DNA from: an uncultured Acidobacteriaceae bacterium
Lineage (GTDB): Bacteria > Acidobacteriota > Terriglobia > Terriglobales > Acidobacteriaceae
Assembly (NCBI GenBank): GCA_963744155.1
Contig: CAVUSP010000011.1
Span: 265,075 to 329,074, forward strand
Direction: 5' to 3'
Length of the DNA stretch: 64,000 bases
The notes below the pieces were generated by a model. The model saw only the letters and a program-made list of their open reading frames with translations, was not told the origin of the DNA and did not search any database. This document shows positions 32,777 to 43,440 of the stretch, one piece after another (the first letter of the stretch is position 1; each line of letters starts with the position of its first letter). The position numbers and the translations under genes are program-made.

Positions 32777-34093
32777 ATGGCAAACATGAAATGTATGGCC
32801 GACCACAGTGACTGGGGTTGCGATATCCACGGGCGTGATGCGTCGCGTCGCGCTGTGACCCGGCGCGGCTTTATGAAGGGTGGAGCGTTGGCACTGGTCG
32901 GCACTTCGACGATTCCGGCGTTTCTGTCGCGAAGCGTTCTGGCTGAGGTGACGACTGCCGCGGCGAACAACAAAAAGCTGGTGGTTCTGTTCCAGCGCGG
33001 GGCAGCTGATGGGTTGAACGTCGTCGTGCCATATAAGGAGAAAAACTACTATGCGATGCGGCCCTCGATTGCGATCCAGGAGAAAGACGTTCTCGATCTG
33101 AATGGATTCTTTGGCCTGCATCCATCGCTTGCGTCGTTCAAGCCACTGTACGAGCAGGGACATCTCGCGATTATTCATGCGGCGGGTTCGCCGGATACCA
33201 CGCGGTCGCACTTCGACGCGCAGGATTATATGGAGAGTGGAACACCAGGCGTGAAGTCTACCCCTGATGGCTGGTTGAATCGCGCCTTGCAGGCAGAGCC
33301 GGTGATGGGCAAGCCCTCGGCATTTCGCGCGGTGGCGCTGGGCACACAGGTTCCGCGGACGCTGCAGGGGAAGCTGCCGGCGATTGCTGTGAATAATCTT
33401 GCAGACTTTTCGGTTGGAGGCAAAGGACCGCAGACGTCGCCTATCAGCAACGCGTTTCAGGCGATGTACGACGAGAGCACGGATGCCGTGCTCCATGGCA
33501 CCGGTCAGGAAACTTTCGAAGCGGTGAAGATGTTGAAGTCGGCGGATCCAGCGCACTATCAACCGGCAGCGGGGGTGATCTATCCGAATACGCCGTTTGG
33601 CAACAGCCTGAAACAGGTTGCGCAATTGCTCAAAGCGAACCTTGGCGTCGAGGCGGCGTTCTCCGACATCGGCGGATGGGATACACACCAGAACCAGGGC
33701 AACGTGAACGGTCAACTGGCGAATCGCCTGAAGGAGTTCTCGGATACGATTGCGGCCTTCTGGAAGGATATGGGTGACGACGCGGAAAACGTGACGCTGG
33801 TGACGATGTCCGAGTTTGGACGGACGGCGCGGCAGAACGGGACCGGGGGAACCGACCATGGTCACGCAAATGTAATGTTTGTGCTCGGCGGCAACGTGAA
33901 GGGTGGCAAGGTTTACGGGCGATGGCCGGGCCTGGCGAATGAGCAGTTAAACGAAGGCCGGGACTTGACCGTGACGACGGATTTTCGCAGGGTTCTTGGC
34001 GAAGCGGCGTATAAGACGCTGGGAGCAAAAAACCTTGATCTGGTGTTTCCCGGCGCGCAGGTCAATCCGGGCCAATTCCTGAACTTTAGTTAG
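32777..34093 (+). CDS. DUF1501 family protein (Tat signal)
   Basis: TRRGFMKG, RGAADGLN, RSHFDAQ, GGWDTH, SEFGRT and GTDHG motifs. Confidence 0.92.
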   Translation: MANMKCMADHSDWGCDIHGRDASRRAVTRRGFMKGGALALVGTSTIPAFLSRSVLAEVTTAAANNKKLVVLFQRGAADGLNVVVPYKEKNYYAMRPSIAIQEKDVLDLNGFFGLHPSLASFKPLYEQGHLAIIHAAGSPDTTRSHFDAQDYMESGTPGVKSTPDGWLNRALQAEPVMGKPSAFRAVALGTQVPRTLQGKLPAIAVNNLADFSVGGKGPQTSPISNAFQAMYDESTDAVLHGTGQETFEAVKMLKSADPAHYQPAAGVIYPNTPFGNSLKQVAQLLKANLGVEAAFSDIGGWDTHQNQGNVNGQLANRLKEFSDTIAAFWKDMGDDAENVTLVTMSEFGRTARQNGTGGTDHGHANVMFVLGGNVKGGKVYGRWPGLANEQLNEGRDLTVTTDFRRVLGEAAYKTLGAKNLDLVFPGAQVNPGQFLNFS

Positions 34094-34197
34094 GTCGGGA
34101 AGACGACGCTCGGCTAAGTCTTTGTAATCCGGTTGTCCTTCTCCTGTTTATGGAATGTAAAAAATCGCCCATCTACGCAATAGTGGAAAAATGTATA

Positions 34198-34340
34198 CAA
34201 CTTTTCGTTCGAACGCGCGTCTTATTGATTGTAGTCAGCCGGACTAGATGTTCCCACGGTTCCGGTTTCACCTATCCGCAACAAGAGAACTCCCCACCAA
34301 ATATGTAAGGCCTCCAGAGTATCGGGGGCCTTCTCTCCTG
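34198..34340 (+). ncRNA. Candidate small RNA with ECF-like promoter
   Basis: CAAC-N16-CGTC, hairpin GCCGGA..TCCGGT, C-rich CTCCCCACC, terminal hairpin AAGGCCTCC..GGGGGCCTT. Confidence 0.35.
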
Positions 34341-34359
34341 TAGGCATGTTTTTTCGGGA

Positions 34360-34758
34360 TCAGGCAAAGCCGATCTTTCGATCGAGCGCCAGAGCGCCGG
34401 CGCCGTAGAACGTCAACATGATTCCCAAGCCGACGAGAGCCAGAATGTAGTTGTAGATTCCGAAGCCTTGATGGATGCCGACCAGGAAGAAGGCAACGAG
34501 CATATTGATTGCGACCAGCGCAGCAGCGAAGCGCGTGAGGAGTCCTACGATGAGCATCAATCCGCCGACGAACTCGGTGTATGCCGAGACGTAGCCTAGC
34601 CAGTACGGAATTCCCAGGGACACGATGTAGTGAGCGTAGTGATTGAGCGCGCCGTGCGGCACGACCTTTCCGTAACCATGCACGGCCATGGAGATGCCGA
34701 GCGCGAGGCGCATCAGCAACGCTCCGTAGGGTTGCAGACTGTTAAGCCATTTCGTCAT
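34360..34758 (-). CDS. DoxX family membrane protein
   Basis: LLMRLALG..HGYGK, EFVGG..GLLTR and GAGALALD motifs. Confidence 0.9.
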   Translation of the reverse strand: MTKWLNSLQPYGALLMRLALGISMAVHGYGKVVPHGALNHYAHYIVSLGIPYWLGYVSAYTEFVGGLMLIVGLLTRFAAALVAINMLVAFFLVGIHQGFGIYNYILALVGLGIMLTFYGAGALALDRKIGFA

Positions 34759-34810
34759 TGAAGTTCTCCGGGTTAAGCGTAAACGCGGTGAACCGGGGGC
34801 GCAGGCAGAT

Positions 34811-35758
34811 TTAGCGAGCGGGTGCCGTCGAAGGCACGAGCGATGGAAGAGGCGCGTGGGGAAGATATTGATCGAGGAAGCGTGTGAGGCTTTGGCTGTA
34901 GGGGAGTGAAGAGGGTGAGGCGAGTTCCACGGTGAGCTTGGGATCGGACGCGGTGACGAAGGCTGGGTATGGCGAGGTTGCGCGGGAGAGGAGAAGCTTC
35001 GGCGTGTGCAGTGTTGAGAGTGGTCCGGTGAGGGGGAAGCGCTCGTGAAAGAGGAGACGGACGGGAATCAGGGTGGCCCGAGGGTCGCGCATTGCTGCAT
35101 CGAGGAGATCGGCGCGGGGCGAGTCGAGGATCAGGGCTGGGATGGTTGAGTTTGAGACGGCGAGGTGAGTTGCGAGTGAGGCTCCGACGCCGGTTCCGTA
35201 GGGAATGATCTGTGCCATGGGGATGGCGCGCGACGTTGTGAGGTACTGCAAGGCGGTGTCGACGTCGTGAATCATGCTTTGCTGGCTGGGCCGGAGGGCG
35301 GCGCTCTGGCCGTAGCCGCGGTAGTCGAAGGAGAAGACGTTGAGGCCGAGGTTGTGGAGGCTGGCTAGCGTGGGGATGGAGTCGGCGAGGGAGCCGTTGC
35401 CGTCGGGGAGGAAGAGGATGGTGAGGTGGGCGTAGCGTCCGCCGGGGTCTGAGGGGATCTGGTCTGACGGGATCCACCAGCCGGTGAGCTGCGGCGTGGC
35501 GGATTCGTCGGGGCCAAAGCGAATGGGTTCGTAGGGAATGCCGGCAATCGATGAAGGATTGCCGGAGGTACGAGTTGGATGCAGGACGAGCTGCCACTGG
35601 CCCTGGTAGAAGAGCAGGCAGAAGGTGAGATAGCCACAGAAGAGCGCCGCGAGAAGAGTGAGGGCGATGGCCTTGACCAGCCACATGGGGCTGACGACGT
35701 CTGGTGGAACGGGCTGAGTTTTGGCTCGCTTGTCTGGCTTGGGAATGGGGCGGGGCAT
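34811..35758 (-). CDS. Membrane-anchored alpha/beta hydrolase fold protein
   Basis: TM helix and FSFDYRGYGQS; nucleophile elbow reads YGTGVGAS. Confidence 0.8.
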   Translation of the reverse strand: MPRPIPKPDKRAKTQPVPPDVVSPMWLVKAIALTLLAALFCGYLTFCLLFYQGQWQLVLHPTRTSGNPSSIAGIPYEPIRFGPDESATPQLTGWWIPSDQIPSDPGGRYAHLTILFLPDGNGSLADSIPTLASLHNLGLNVFSFDYRGYGQSAALRPSQQSMIHDVDTALQYLTTSRAIPMAQIIPYGTGVGASLATHLAVSNSTIPALILDSPRADLLDAAMRDPRATLIPVRLLFHERFPLTGPLSTLHTPKLLLSRATSPYPAFVTASDPKLTVELASPSSLPYSQSLTRFLDQYLPHAPLPSLVPSTAPAR

Positions 35759-35855
35759 TGAGGGCTTCTGTGTCGACTTTAGCACCTTGACGGAGGCAGG
35801 CAATCGTTCGAAGCCGCGCGAGGTCCTAACATGGAGACTAAGGGAGAATCTTCGA

Positions 35856-36167
35856 GTGGCAAAGTGGGTCAGGTTGTGCAGCTTGGCGGCTGCTCCGGCG
35901 AAGGGGCAGGTCGCCGAGGTCGAGGTGGAAGGAAGAGCGTTTTGTCTTGCGAATGTGAATGGAGAGTTAACGGCGCTGGATAATGTTTGTCCGCATCGTC
36001 AGGGGCCATTGGGGCAGGGGTGGATTGAGGGCGATTTAGTTGTCTGCCCGTGGCACTCGTGGGCGTTCAACGTAAAGACCGGGTTGTCGGAGTATCCGGC
36101 GAACGAGCGGGTGAAGGTGTTTCCGCTGCGCGTGGAGGGGGAGGATGTCGTGGTGGATGTCGATTGA
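35856..36167 (+). CDS. Rieske (2Fe-2S) ferredoxin
   Basis: CPHRQGPL and CPWHSWAF motifs. Confidence 0.9.
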   Translation: MAKWVRLCSLAAAPAKGQVAEVEVEGRAFCLANVNGELTALDNVCPHRQGPLGQGWIEGDLVVCPWHSWAFNVKTGLSEYPANERVKVFPLRVEGEDVVVDVD

Positions 36168-36293
36168 CGCGGTGAGGGGAATCAAGCTCGGAACATCCAT
36201 GAAAAGATGAGATGCGAAAGATCCGCAGTCGGGGTACGCTGCAACTATTCGACAGACCACTCCCGAGAGTGGCTGCGTGAGAGGGAGTTCATC

Positions 36294-36416
36294 ATGAAGC
36301 TGCGCGTCTTATTCCTTGCTGCCATTGCACTCGTCGTTCTGGCAGGGTCGGTTGTTCCCGCGAGTGCCAAGTCGCATCACCATCGCCACCATCATACCCA
36401 CCATCACCATAGCTAA
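36294..36416 (+). CDS. Secreted His-rich micro-protein (40 aa)
   Basis: GAGGGAG RBS; MKLRVLFLAAIALVVLAGSVVPASA-KSHHHRHHHTHHHHS; has its own terminator. Confidence 0.75.
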   Translation: MKLRVLFLAAIALVVLAGSVVPASAKSHHHRHHHTHHHHS

Positions 36417-36433
36417 CTATTTCTTGAATTAGC

Positions 36434-36468
36434 GAAGGGCCCGGTCTTTGTCCGGGCCTTTCTTTTTG
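36434..36468 (+). terminator. Intrinsic terminator
   Basis: GAAGGGCCCGG-tctttgt-CCGGGCCTTTCTTTTT. Confidence 0.85.
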
Positions 36469-36549
36469 CGCGGAAGGATTTGCCTGCGATCAATATTTTC
36501 CAGCGTGAATGCTGATAGAATCTATTAAATCCACTCCTTTGGAGAGGCA

Positions 36550-37689
36550 ATGCAAGCAATACTGGCGCTGGAAGACGGGCGCATTTTTCGCGGCAAAAGT
36601 TTTGGCGCACGAGCAGAATGCTCTGGCGAGGTGGTCTTCAATACTTCACTGACCGGCTATCAGGAGATCTTTACCGATCCTTCGTATGCGGGTCAGATCG
36701 TGGTTCTGACAAATCCCCACATTGGAAACTATGGAACGACGCCGAGCGATGCGGAGTCGAAGAAGCCGTACATCGAAGGTTTGGTGACGCGCGAGTTTTC
36801 GCCGATGAGCTCGAACTGGCGTTCGACGCAAGTGGCGGATGAGTATCTTGAGCGCTATGGCGTGCCGGTGATCGGTGAAGTGGATACGCGTGCGGTGGTT
36901 CGGCATCTGCGGGCCAATGGCGTGATGCGCGGCGTGATCGCATCGGGCGAGAATCTCGACGTCGATGCGCTGGTCACGAAGGCGCGGTCGATACGGAAGA
37001 TGGACGGCACCGATCTTGCCAGCGTAGTGACGACGAAGGTCGCCTACGAATGGGATGCGAATGAGCCGAAGAACCAGACCGGTGACGCATTTCTGACTCC
37101 GGGGCTCGAGGGCGACAGGAAGCAGATGCATGTGGTCGCGTATGACTTCGGCATCAAGGAAAATATTCTGCGCATGCTGACGAGGGAGAACTGCCGTGTG
37201 ACGGTTGTTCCGGCGACGACTCCAGCGAAGGATGTTCTGGCGATGAAGCCGGATGGAGTGTTCTTCTCGAATGGGCCGGGTGATCCGGAACCGCTGGAGT
37301 ATGCGGTTGAGAATGTGAAGCAGTTGCAGGGCAAGGCGCCGATCTTTGGAATTTGCCTGGGACATCAGATCTTTGGGCTGGCTCTGGGCGGGAAGACCTA
37401 CAAGCTGAAGTTTGGGCATCACGGCGGAAACCACCCGATCATGAATCACCAGACGGGCAAGGTTGAGATTACGGCGCAGAACCATAACTTCAACGTCGAT
37501 CCTGATTCGCTGCCTGCGGATGTAGAGAAGACGCATACGAATCTAAACGATCAGACGCTGGCGGGGTTGCGGCATAACACGGACCCGATGTTCAGCGTGC
37601 AGTATCACCCGGAGGCTAGTCCGGGGCCGCATGACTCGCATTATCTCTTCAAGGATTTTCGGAAGATGATGGAAGAGTGGAAGAAGTGA
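36550..37689 (+). CDS. carA: Carbamoyl-phosphate synthase small subunit
   Basis: [28 protein letters not shown] and [10 protein letters not shown] motifs. Confidence 0.97.
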   Translation: MQAILALEDGRIFRGKSFGARAECSGEVVFNTSLTGYQEIFTDPSYAGQIVVLTNPHIGNYGTTPSDAESKKPYIEGLVTREFSPMSSNWRSTQVADEYLERYGVPVIGEVDTRAVVRHLRANGVMRGVIASGENLDVDALVTKARSIRKMDGTDLASVVTTKVAYEWDANEPKNQTGDAFLTPGLEGDRKQMHVVAYDFGIKENILRMLTRENCRVTVVPATTPAKDVLAMKPDGVFFSNGPGDPEPLEYAVENVKQLQGKAPIFGICLGHQIFGLALGGKTYKLKFGHHGGNHPIMNHQTGKVEITAQNHNFNVDPDSLPADVEKTHTNLNDQTLAGLRHNTDPMFSVQYHPEASPGPHDSHYLFKDFRKMMEEWKK

Positions 37690-37717
37690 GAACGGAGTTT
37701 TTTGCCAAGTGGTTTTG

Positions 37718-38307
37718 TTTTGAAAGGGCGGGACTTTAGTCCCGCCGTTGCGTGTAGAGCGTTAAGTCGGGCTTTAGCCCCAGAGGGAAGGTATGAGGCC
37801 TGCAAGAGAGTTTGCCACAAATAACGGGCAGACCTACTTTGTTACTTCGAACACGGCGACGCGGACTCCGTTTTTCCGGCATGAGCGGTGGTCTCGGCTC
37901 TTTGTTGACACGCTCTACAGCTATAGACCGGCGCGGTATTTCATCCATGGTTTTACCGTGATGCCGGATCACTTTCACTGTCTCCTGACACCGATTGGAA
38001 GCCTTGAGTCCGCGGTTCAGTGTTTGAAGGGCGGGTTTTCTTTTCGTGCAAAAAAGGAGTTCGCGTGGAAGGGAGAAATTTGGGTCGCCGGGTTTTCCGA
38101 TCATCGGATTCGAGACGTTGAGGATTTTGAGATTCACGAGCGGTACATCAAGCGGAATGCAGTGAAGGCAGGATTGGTTGAGCGGGAAGAGAAGTATGCG
38201 TATTGCTCTGCAAACGGGCGTTTCGAGTTGGATGCATTCCCTCGGGGGCTAAAGCCCAATTTTGTTGAGCGGGCCGAGCGGCGCGGCTAAAGCCGCGCCC
38301 TTTCAAA
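37718..38307. mobile_element. REP-flanked RAYT element (REPtron-like) between carA and carB
   Basis: Inverted, hairpin-forming ends at 37718-37789 and 38237-38307 around a Y1 transposase. Confidence 0.85.
37793..38290 (+). CDS. REP-associated tyrosine transposase (HUH/Y1)
   Basis: TYFVT, VMPDHFH (HUH), FSDHRIRD and YIKRNAVKAGLV motifs. Confidence 0.9.
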   Translation: MRPAREFATNNGQTYFVTSNTATRTPFFRHERWSRLFVDTLYSYRPARYFIHGFTVMPDHFHCLLTPIGSLESAVQCLKGGFSFRAKKEFAWKGEIWVAGFSDHRIRDVEDFEIHERYIKRNAVKAGLVEREEKYAYCSANGRFELDAFPRGLKPNFVERAERRG

Positions 38308-38387
38308 GCGGTTGGATGCGTCGCTAGTTCAAAACAAACATGACGGTAAAGCCCAGGTATGAATTCAAGAGAGAGAAGATAGATAAA

Positions 38388-41300
38388 ATGCCACGCAGGA
38401 ATGACATTGCGAAGATTCTGGTGATCGGCTCGGGGCCGATTGTGATTGGGCAGTCGGCGGAGTTCGATTACTCCGGGACGCAGGCGTGTAAGGCGCTGAA
38501 AGCCGAGGGGTATGAAGTGGTGCTGGTGAACTCGAACCCGGCGTCGATCATGACGGACCCTGAGGTCGCGGATCGCACCTACATTGAACCGTTGACTGCC
38601 GCTTATCTTGAGGAGATTCTTCGCGTCGAGGCTGAGATGCTCGATCCCGATAGGATGGGCTGCAAGGAGAAGTTTGCTTTATTGCCTACGGTTGGCGGGC
38701 AGACGGCATTGAATCTTGCGGTAGATCTTGCGGATTCAGGCGTGCTGGATAAGTTCGGCGTCGAGTTGATCGGCGCGAAGCTGGAGGCGATCAAGAAGGC
38801 CGAGGACCGGTTGCTGTTCAAGGACGCGATGACGCGGATTGGGCTGGATATGCCGCGGTCTGCGTTGATCAACAACCTGCGCGACGGGTTGGAGTTTGCG
38901 GCGAAGATTGGATTCCCGGTGGTGATCCGGCCATCATTCACGCTGGGTGGATCGGGTGGAGGAATCGCTTACAACCGCGAAGAGTTGATGGAGATTCTTG
39001 CGCGAGGCCTGGATCTCTCGCCGGTGCACGAGTGTCTGCTGGAAGAGAGCGTGTTGGGTTGGAAGGAGTATGAGCTGGAGGTGGTGCGGGACCTGAAGGA
39101 CAACGTCATCATCATCTGCTCGATTGAAAATTTTGACCCGATGGGTGTGCACACGGGCGACTCGATTACTGTCGCTCCAGCGCAGACGCTGACGGACCGC
39201 GAGTACCAGGCGATGCGGGATGCGGCGATTCGCGTGATTCGCGAGATCGGCGTGGAGACGGGCGGAAGCAACGTGCAGTTCGCGGTGAATCCGCTGACCG
39301 GACGCATGACGGTGATCGAGATGAACCCTCGTGTGTCGCGTTCGTCTGCGTTGGCGTCGAAGGCGACAGGATTTCCGATTGCGAAGATCGCGGCGCGGCT
39401 GGCGGTGGGCTACACGCTCGATGAGATTCAAAACGACATTACGAAGGCGACGCCGGCGTGTTTCGAGCCGACGATTGACTACGTTGTTGTGAAGATTCCG
39501 AAGTGGCAGTTTGAAAAGTTCCCGGGCGCGGATGAGGGCCTTGGGCCGCAGATGAAGTCGGTCGGCGAGGTGATGGCAATCGGCAGGACCTTCAAGGAAG
39601 CGATGATGAAGGCGGTGCGGTCGCTGGAGACGGGCAAGAAGGCTACGGCAGATGACATTGAGCCGCGACGGCTGACGCAGCGGCTGGTGACGCCGCATCC
39701 CGACCGGCTGTCGTACATTCGCTATGCCTTTGAGCGTGGAATGACGGTGCGCGAGGTTGCGCGCATGACGTCGATGGATCCGTGGTTCCTGTACCAGATC
39801 AAGCAGATCACCGATGAGATAAAGGCCGTCGGCGGAGCGCCGATGGCTGAGGTGACGGCGGAGCAGTTGCGAACCGCGAAACGGATGGGTATCTCGGATG
39901 AGCGGCTGGCGGCTGTGTGGGGGCTGACCGGTGCTGAGGGTACGGCTGCGGTTCGTGCGCTCCGCAAGAAGCTGAATGTGCTGCCGGTTTACAAGATGGT
40001 GGACACCTGCGCGGGTGAGTTTGAGAGCTACACGCCATACCTCTATAGCTGCTACGACGAAGAGGACGAAGCAGCGCCGACGAGCAGGAAGAAGATTTTG
40101 ATTCTCGGCAGCGGGCCGAACCGGATTGGGCAGGGAATTGAGTTCGACTACTGCTGCTGCCACGCTGCGTTCGCACTGCGCGAAGATGGCTACGAGACCA
40201 TCATGGTCAATTGCAATCCAGAGACGGTGTCGACGGACTATGACACGAGCGACCGGTTGTACTTCGAGCCGCTGACGCTGGAGGACGTGCTTGGCGTCTA
40301 TGAGCATGAGGCTTCGTCGGGCGCGGAGATCGGGATGATCGTGCAGTTTGGCGGGCAGACGCCGCTGAATCTTTCGCTGCCGCTGAAGAAGGCTGGTGTG
40401 CCCATCATCGGAACTTCGCCGGAGTCGATCGATCTTGCGGAAGACAGGAAGCGGTTTGGCAAGCTCATCGAAGAGTTGAAGATTCCACAGCCGGAGGGCG
40501 CGATGGCGACCAGCGTGGAAGAGGCCGTGGCCGGAGCGAATCGCGTTGGATATCCGGTGCTGGTGCGGCCTTCGTACGTTCTCGGCGGGCGTGCGATGGT
40601 GATTGCGTATGACGATGCGGCGGTTGTTCAGTACATGACGACGGCGATTGAGTACTCCCAGGAGCGGCCGGTCTTGATCGATCACTTCCTCGAGGACGCG
40701 ATCGAGTGCGACGTGGACGCGCTGTGTGACGGGGACGATGTGTTGATCGCCGGAATTATGCAACATATCGAAGAGGCGGGGATTCATTCGGGAGACTCTT
40801 CTTGCGTGCTGCCGGCAGTCGATCTGAGCGATGACGTGCTGCAGACGATTCGGGAGTACACGCGCAAGCTGGCGATGGCGCTCAGTGTGCGCGGACTGGT
40901 GAATATCCAGTTCGCGATTCAGCGCGGAACGGTGTATGTGATCGAGGTAAACCCGCGTGCTTCTCGTACGGTGCCTTATGTTTCGAAGGCAACGGGAATT
41001 CCGCTGGCGAAGGTTGCTTCGCGCATCATGGTGGGCCGGAAGCTGAAGGAACTGCTGCCGGAGCAGGTGGCCAGTGGCAAGGACCTCGATACGGGTTCGC
41101 ACTACTATGTGAAGTCGCCGGTGTTTCCGTGGGGCAAGTTCCAGGGGGTCGATACGGTGCTGGGCCCGGAGATGAAGTCGACGGGCGAGGTGATGGGAGT
41201 GGCGGATAACTTTGGCGAGGCGTTTGCCAAGGCGCAGATTGCCGCCGGGCAGGTGCTTCCGCTGCAGGGAACCGTCTTCCTGAGCGTGAACGATCACGAC

Positions 41301-41702
41301 AAGGATCGTGCGGTCGCGCTTGCGAGACAGTTCGTCGAGATGGGCTTCCATCTCGTGGCGACGCACGGCACGGCGATTGTGCTGGAGCAGGCCGGGTTAC
41401 AGCCGGAGCGCGTGCACAAGGTGAAGGAAGGCCGCCCGAACGTCGTCGATCTGATCAAGGGCGACCGCATTCAGCTGATCGTCAACACTCCTCGTGGGCA
41501 GGACACGTTCTTCGACGAGAAGGCGATTCGACGGGCGGCAGTACTGGCTCGAATCCCCACCATTACCACGCTGGCTGCGGCACAGGCTGCGGCTGAAGGC
41601 ATTGCTGCACTTCAGCGCGGTACGCTGAGCGTAGTCGCGTTGCAGACGCTGCACTCGGACCGGATCGCGGCTGAGGCGAAGGCTGTCGCAGGGGTCAAAT
41701 AG
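38388..41702 (+). CDS. carB: Carbamoyl-phosphate synthase large subunit
   Basis: [17 protein letters not shown], duplicated ATP-grasp domains and a C-terminal MGS domain. Confidence 0.97.
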   Translation: MPRRNDIAKILVIGSGPIVIGQSAEFDYSGTQACKALKAEGYEVVLVNSNPASIMTDPEVADRTYIEPLTAAYLEEILRVEAEMLDPDRMGCKEKFALLPTVGGQTALNLAVDLADSGVLDKFGVELIGAKLEAIKKAEDRLLFKDAMTRIGLDMPRSALINNLRDGLEFAAKIGFPVVIRPSFTLGGSGGGIAYNREELMEILARGLDLSPVHECLLEESVLGWKEYELEVVRDLKDNVIIICSIENFDPMGVHTGDSITVAPAQTLTDREYQAMRDAAIRVIREIGVETGGSNVQFAVNPLTGRMTVIEMNPRVSRSSALASKATGFPIAKIAARLAVGYTLDEIQNDITKATPACFEPTIDYVVVKIPKWQFEKFPGADEGLGPQMKSVGEVMAIGRTFKEAMMKAVRSLETGKKATADDIEPRRLTQRLVTPHPDRLSYIRYAFERGMTVREVARMTSMDPWFLYQIKQITDEIKAVGGAPMAEVTAEQLRTAKRMGISDERLAAVWGLTGAEGTAAVRALRKKLNVLPVYKMVDTCAGEFESYTPYLYSCYDEEDEAAPTSRKKILILGSGPNRIGQGIEFDYCCCHAAFALREDGYETIMVNCNPETVSTDYDTSDRLYFEPLTLEDVLGVYEHEASSGAEIGMIVQFGGQTPLNLSLPLKKAGVPIIGTSPESIDLAEDRKRFGKLIEELKIPQPEGAMATSVEEAVAGANRVGYPVLVRPSYVLGGRAMVIAYDDAAVVQYMTTAIEYSQERPVLIDHFLEDAIECDVDALCDGDDVLIAGIMQHIEEAGIHSGDSSCVLPAVDLSDDVLQTIREYTRKLAMALSVRGLVNIQFAIQRGTVYVIEVNPRASRTVPYVSKATGIPLAKVASRIMVGRKLKELLPEQVASGKDLDTGSHYYVKSPVFPWGKFQGVDTVLGPEMKSTGEVMGVADNFGEAFAKAQIAAGQVLPLQGTVFLSVNDHDKDRAVALARQFVEMGFHLVATHGTAIVLEQAGLQPERVHKVKEGRPNVVDLIKGDRIQLIVNTPRGQDTFFDEKAIRRAAVLARIPTITTLAAAQAAAEGIAALQRGTLSVVALQTLHSDRIAAEAKAVAGVK

Positions 41703-42220
41703 CGGCGAGAGAACGTAAGGACCGAGCGAGTCGAGTTTAGGGCTCGAAGGGCGAACTTTGCGCCGATGGCGTAGCCGATCATGGAGAGCGGTATCCAGGC
41801 GCCCACGAGCAGTCCGTCGCCGCCCATGAGGCCGCTGCCGTGAGTGAAGGTGAAGAAGGTGCGCCACAGTTTTTCGACGGCGCCGCAGGTCTCGCAGAGG
41901 CCGTTGCCAGTGGGCAGGTCGAGCACCCAAACGCACACGACGGAGAAGATGACCAGGCCTGAGATCCAAATGTAGCCTGCGATGTCGTTGTGATGCATCT
42001 TGGCCAGGATGAAGCCGCCAATCATCGGAACCAGAAGTGCCAGCGCGGTGCCGAGCAACTTGGGGTTGGAGGAGTCGGGGTCTGGGTGGTTGAGCGACAT
42101 GACGCCGACGACAAGCGCTAGCAGGAGAAAAGCGATGAGGGTATGGGTAAGGAACCAGGCGGCCTCGCGAGCAAGGTCGCCCGTTGTCTTATCCTGCGAG
42201 ATGTCCCGTTCGTTTGCCAT
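41612..42220 (-). CDS. Hypothetical membrane protein (3' end uncertain)
   Basis: About four TM helices with a CETC motif. The tail overlapping carB may be an indel artefact, with a stop near 41737. Confidence 0.65.
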   Translation of the reverse strand: MANERDISQDKTTGDLAREAAWFLTHTLIAFLLLALVVGVMSLNHPDPDSSNPKLLGTALALLVPMIGGFILAKMHHNDIAGYIWISGLVIFSVVCVWVLDLPTGNGLCETCGAVEKLWRTFFTFTHGSGLMGGDGLLVGAWIPLSMIGYAIGAKFALRALNSTRSVLTFSRRYLTPATAFASAAIRSECSVCNATTLSVPR

Positions 42221-42353
42221 GGTTGTCCAAGCAAAGGTTACCCCAAATGAATGTCGAAGAGACCACTTTCTATTACGTCTTTCGTGGCATTCGCGTCTTG
42301 ATTAACATCCTTCCTGCGGGCCCTCGCCTGCGAATCGCTTCTAGAATAGAAGG

Positions 42354-43416
42354 ATGCTGCTTGAAGGGCTTCAACTTCCGCTGACTACGCCGTTCTATTC
42401 GGACGGGCGCCTCAATCTTCCTAAGCTTGAACATAACGCCGCTCGATATTCGAAGACGCCGGCCGCCGGTCTAGTGGCGTTGAGCGATTCGGGTGAACCG
42501 ACGATGTTGTCCGACGAAGAGACCCGCCAGTCGCTGCGCTGCGTGGCTGACGCGACCGCTGCGGAGAAGGTGCTGATCGCAGGGGTGTCACGCGATAGTG
42601 TGTCGGGCACACTTGATCTGGCGGAGGCCGCATCGAAGTTTGGTTATGACGCAGTGCTCGTGAGGATGCCTTCGCTGTTTTGGGCGGCCGGCCGCGCTGA
42701 AGTCGGAAAGGCTGTGTTGACCTATTTTCAGGCGGTCGCGGATCGGGCTGCGTTGCCGGTGATTCTTTACAGTGGCGCTTCTGAAAAGGGCGGATTGCCG
42801 GTAGAGATGGTCATCGACCTTGCAGAAAATCCGCGGATTATTGGACTGGCAGACGGGGCGGCGGGGAAGGAACGGCTTGAGGAGAATCCGGAGTGGAACG
42901 GTGAACGTGAAGCACGATGTGACTGTGACAAGCGTATTCGTCGCGGTGACCGGGAGGATGCAGTCTCGAAGCGAGGCTGCCGCCGGGGGACTGGTCTCGG
43001 CGGATTCGTTGACCGGTGGCGGTGGTGGGCTGGCGGTTGCTCCGGCGAAGACGGCGGCGAAGTCGCGGACCAAGGCCGTTGGATTCCAGATCCTCGGCGG
43101 AGGTACGACGGGCATGCTGGAGAATCTGCGCGCCGGTGCAGCCGGAGCAATGCCTGCGTTTGCGGCCTCCGCTCCGCAGGCCTGCTATGAGGTGCTGGCC
43201 GCGTGGAAGGATGGGGACGAAGCGCTTGCAGAGGAGAAGCAGATTCGGCTGTTAGGCGTGGCCAGCAGAGTGGAGAGGGAGATTGGGGTGGCAGGGATCA
43301 AGTTCGGTTGCGACCTGAACGGATACTTCGGGGGAAGGCCGCGGCAGCCGCTGCTCCCGTTGACCGGCGACGAGCGAACAGAGATTGAAGCACTGATGCA
43401 GGGATTGAGTCACTGA
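42354..43416 (+). CDS. DapA/DHDPS family protein (frameshift near 42880)
   Basis: LTTPFYSDG, GEPTMLS, YFQAVADRAALPVILY and GYFGGRPRQPLLPL motifs. Confidence 0.8.
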
Positions 43417-43440
43417 GGGCTTTCCGCATCGTAGACGGCT

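Noticed and set aside
38934-41366. 810-aa antisense ORF and similar long shadow ORFs (28907..30097, 53066..54355, 5312..6346)
   Set aside because: They lie opposite well-supported genes, have no motifs, and are expected from codon bias at high GC.
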